37,315 nt of DNA from a virus (taxonomy: Duplodnaviria; Caudoviricetes), in the IMG/VR virus record IMGVR_UViG_3300021082_000067, positions 1-37,315 of that record; one strand, 5' to 3'. Below, piece by piece: positions 35,176 to 37,315 of the stretch (position 1 is its first letter; every line of letters begins with the position of its first letter). Made by a program: the position numbers and the translations under genes. The notes beneath the pieces are model-generated. The model had not been told where the DNA came from. It did not search any database and worked only from the letters and a program-made list of their open reading frames with translations.

Positions 35176-35952
35176 CTATTTCGGTACAGGGAGCTTAGCA
35201 AAGCCGCCGCTGGTGTATGCATCCCACCACTCTGCAATGGTAGGACCGGCGAGCTTGTTAGAGTTGTAGCGCCACTCGAATGATGTGTTGCCAGTCATAT
35301 CGAACATGCGTGATTTCATAGGCGAGCGGAAGCGTTCAGGCCGTATGGAGATGTAGCGTTTGCCACCTTGATCACGCATGTTCCACACCTCACTAATGTC
35401 CTTCGATGCAATGTTAGGTAGCTGACCACCTAGCATCATGCTCACACTGACAATGCCACCGTCTGCGTTCTTGTCTGCATCCTTCTCATGCGTGATCAGG
35501 ATCAGGTGCTTGTTCAGCTTACCTGTGATACGGATGATGTTAGACACGAAGGCACCAACGCATATGTTACGCAAGCCATAGCCTTGTATACCCGGTGCTT
35601 CGATAGATGACTTAGGTGCTATACGCACAGCATACTGCAATGCGTGCTCAGTGAACTTAGTCAAGCTATCAACTACCACAGTGTCGAAGTTGTCTAGCTT
35701 GGTATACAGAGTATACGGGTCCGGCTTCATGCCCTCTTTGACTATATCTGTGCTTGTCTCTGTAGTCAGGTTCAGTCGTTCCCAATCAGGAGCGTTGCGA
35801 ATGCTCATGTCACCATCAGGATCTAGCATGATGAATAGCTTACGACCGGGAGCAGTGGAAGCTAGTGTAGTCTTGCCGCTACCACTATCACCCCACAGGA
35901 TCATAGATAGTCGCGAGAGTGTGTCAGTGGGACGTTCGATCTTTATCTCCAC
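35176..35952 (-). CDS. AAA_24 / Sak4-like ATPase (single-strand annealing recombinase family)
   Basis: WGDSGSGKTT, VVVDSLT, LILITHE; probable GTG start with GGAG RBS. Confidence 0.8.
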   Translation of the reverse strand: MEIKIERPTDTLSRLSMILWGDSGSGKTTLASTAPGRKLFIMLDPDGDMSIRNAPDWERLNLTTETSTDIVKEGMKPDPYTLYTKLDNFDTVVVDSLTKFTEHALQYAVRIAPKSSIEAPGIQGYGLRNICVGAFVSNIIRITGKLNKHLILITHEKDADKNADGGIVSVSMMLGGQLPNIASKDISEVWNMRDQGGKRYISIRPERFRSPMKSRMFDMTGNTSFEWRYNSNKLAGPTIAEWWDAYTSGGFAKLPVPK

Positions 35953-35979
35953 GCCTTCTCTCCATTGTTTGTATGAAGC

Positions 35980-36007
35980 ATTATAGCACATACAGAAACA
36001 GACGCAA
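35980..36007 (-). promoter_or_regulatory. Sigma70-like leftward promoter
   Basis: Minus strand TTGCGT, 16 nt, TATAAT-GCTT; same architecture as 866-893. Confidence 0.7.
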
Positions 36008-36008
36008 G

Positions 36009-37091
36009 TCACTCGGCGATTGTGTCTGCCAGTGGACTCCACCTCTCAGTAACCATCTCATGATCGAAGATGTGTTTGCGTTGTTCTCTTGACTCGACAC
36101 ATAGAGGTATAAAGGAGCAGCTACGGAAGTACCGATTGCATGAGTGTGTGTAAGCTGGTGCGTTGGTAGGATCATCCACATGCTTATCAAGTATACTGAG
36201 TGTATGCAGCACCCATTGTTCCCACTCATAGAAGCTGTCCTCGTTGCGTGATGTTGGGTAGCGCATCATACCATCGCTGTAGGTGCTAGATTTAGGTATA
36301 GGTATCTGTAGACCCCACATCGTCACGTTGCGAACAGGTATACTCAGTATACAGCTAGCAGCGATGCAGTAGCTAGTGACTTGATGACTAGTATCAAAGC
36401 TATTAGACCACACTGTGTCGATACGTGAACCAGTTTTGTTCTCATGTACCTCCGGTGTCGTGTCTGTTGGACGCAGTGTGTCAACGCACAGACCATCAAT
36501 CCTACCCACAAATCGAGTGATAGCATTGCTCTCATCATCAGCTAGAGTTATATCAAATGGCACCTCGATGCCTATCAACTCATCAGTCATGATAGGTATG
36601 AAGCGACCAAGCGGATAGCGTTGTACGTAGGTGATAGCGGCGCTTTCAAGGTTCGCGATGGTGCGTTTGTTATCACGTGCGTCGTCATAATAGCCAGATG
36701 TATCAAGCAGATTGAGACACATCTGCATACAACGTGTCTCTGCATCTTCACCGTTGTTGTAGTAGGTGAGCGCACGTGTCCAACGATCAGGATATGCAGC
36801 ATTATTGAACAGCTTACTGGCATAGACGTTGATCCGTGCAAGTTGTTCAAGCTGCATGTTTAGCTCATTACCGCATATACTATGTATTAGATCGAAGAAG
36901 CGACAACAAGCGAACACATCATGCATAGCGCGGCCAGCTTCGAGCGGTAGCACACGATCAACGCCAGCACTTAGACGCTTACCATGTATGCTATGAATGA
37001 TGCCCCATCTAGGACACGTGTTGATAGCTGTGAGTGATGAGAAGTCAACCCACGGCAGCTTTGAGTTAGTGACGGTTGGTAGGATCAACAT
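36009..37091 (-). CDS. PD-(D/E)XK exonuclease, Cas4/AddB-like
   Basis: GRID...HENKT, QVTSY; Cys in CPRW plus CNRYFRSCSFIPLC (iron-staple pattern). Confidence 0.85.
   Translation of the reverse strand: MLILPTVTNSKLPWVDFSSLTAINTCPRWGIIHSIHGKRLSAGVDRVLPLEAGRAMHDVFACCRFFDLIHSICGNELNMQLEQLARINVYASKLFNNAAYPDRWTRALTYYNNGEDAETRCMQMCLNLLDTSGYYDDARDNKRTIANLESAAITYVQRYPLGRFIPIMTDELIGIEVPFDITLADDESNAITRFVGRIDGLCVDTLRPTDTTPEVHENKTGSRIDTVWSNSFDTSHQVTSYCIAASCILSIPVRNVTMWGLQIPIPKSSTYSDGMMRYPTSRNEDSFYEWEQWVLHTLSILDKHVDDPTNAPAYTHSCNRYFRSCSFIPLCVESREQRKHIFDHEMVTERWSPLADTIAE
36338..36352. repeat. 15-bp palindromic box, exact copy 7
   Basis: GTATACTCAGTATAC inside the nuclease gene (C-ILSI-P). Confidence 0.95.
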
Positions 37092-37248
37092 CAGCGTTTA
37101 TCTCCTGTTGTAGGCGCAGTTCTAAGTCAGCGAGCAGTATGTTAACACACTTACCAACTAACAAGCTCCAATCACCTGAGCCTGTTCGCTGCTCGTTCAT
37201 GATCTTGCGTATCTCACGCACAGAGTTGAGTTGCTGTGTCAACGTCAT
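37066..37248 (-). CDS. Hypothetical protein (60 aa)
   Basis: AAGGA RBS; ATG overlaps upstream TGA. Confidence 0.65.
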   Translation of the reverse strand: MTLTQQLNSVREIRKIMNEQRTGSGDWSLLVGKCVNILLADLELRLQQEINADVDPTNRH

Positions 37249-37315
37249 CACTGCATGTCCTTATCTGGGTGCATGTCCTTGCGGACCTTTTCCCAATCGT
37301 GCTTGAGCTTAGCAC
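37248..37315 (-). CDS. C-terminal end of a gene truncated by window edge
   Basis: ...AKLKHDWEKVRKDMHPDKDMQ-stop, coupled to next ATG. Confidence 0.5.
   Translation of the reverse strand, partial: AKLKHDWEKVRKDMHPDKDMQ

Larger units (their letters stand above)
1..37315. mobile_element. Tailed bacteriophage genome segment (podovirus-like; partial, both ends inside minus-strand early genes)
   Basis: Terminase, portal, scaffold, capsid, adaptor, nozzle, fibre and ejection genes in order on +; polymerase, helicase and recombination genes on -; no tape measure, tail tube/sheath, integrase or host genes recognised. Confidence 0.97.

Noticed and set aside
949-36352. Palindromic repeats plus Cas4-like gene as a CRISPR system
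   Set aside because: Repeats are 15 bp, dispersed over kilobases, with no regular spacers and no cas1/cas2
1-37315. Stop-codon reassignment suggested by many TAG stops
   Set aside because: Genes are full length in the standard code and TAG stops abut the next starts

Overview
The window is most of a tailed dsDNA phage genome with podovirus-like (P22/T7-type short-tail, ejection-protein) gene order; no host genes, tRNAs, integrase or CRISPR array were seen. A ~1 kb non-coding region (798-1780) separates two divergent arms. The + arm (1781-30117) carries small late genes, putative terminase small subunit, a four-gene insert (small protein, lipoprotein, Acb2/Tad1-like hairpin protein, two-TM protein), terminase large subunit, portal, scaffold, major capsid, adaptor, nozzle, tail fibre plus chaperone, a GNAT protein and four internal-virion proteins (one with transglycosylase-like and M15 peptidase domains). 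The - arm has a UDG-like/PolA fusion, RecD/Dda-like helicase, DUF669-like SSB, Sak4-like ATPase and Cas4-like nuclease (30104-37315), plus a truncated early gene at 1-797 that the ORF track missed. The strongest unexplained signal is a 15-bp palindrome, GTATACT(G/C)AGTATAC, with 7 exact and about 8 near-exact copies spread over the genome, inside genes in different reading frames and between genes. Other points: two promoter classes, an apparent absence of CCWGG and several 6-bp restriction sites, and a polymerase with altered motif B/C residues and a degenerate UDG domain. All protein calls come from motif recognition and gene order by eye; no database search was run.
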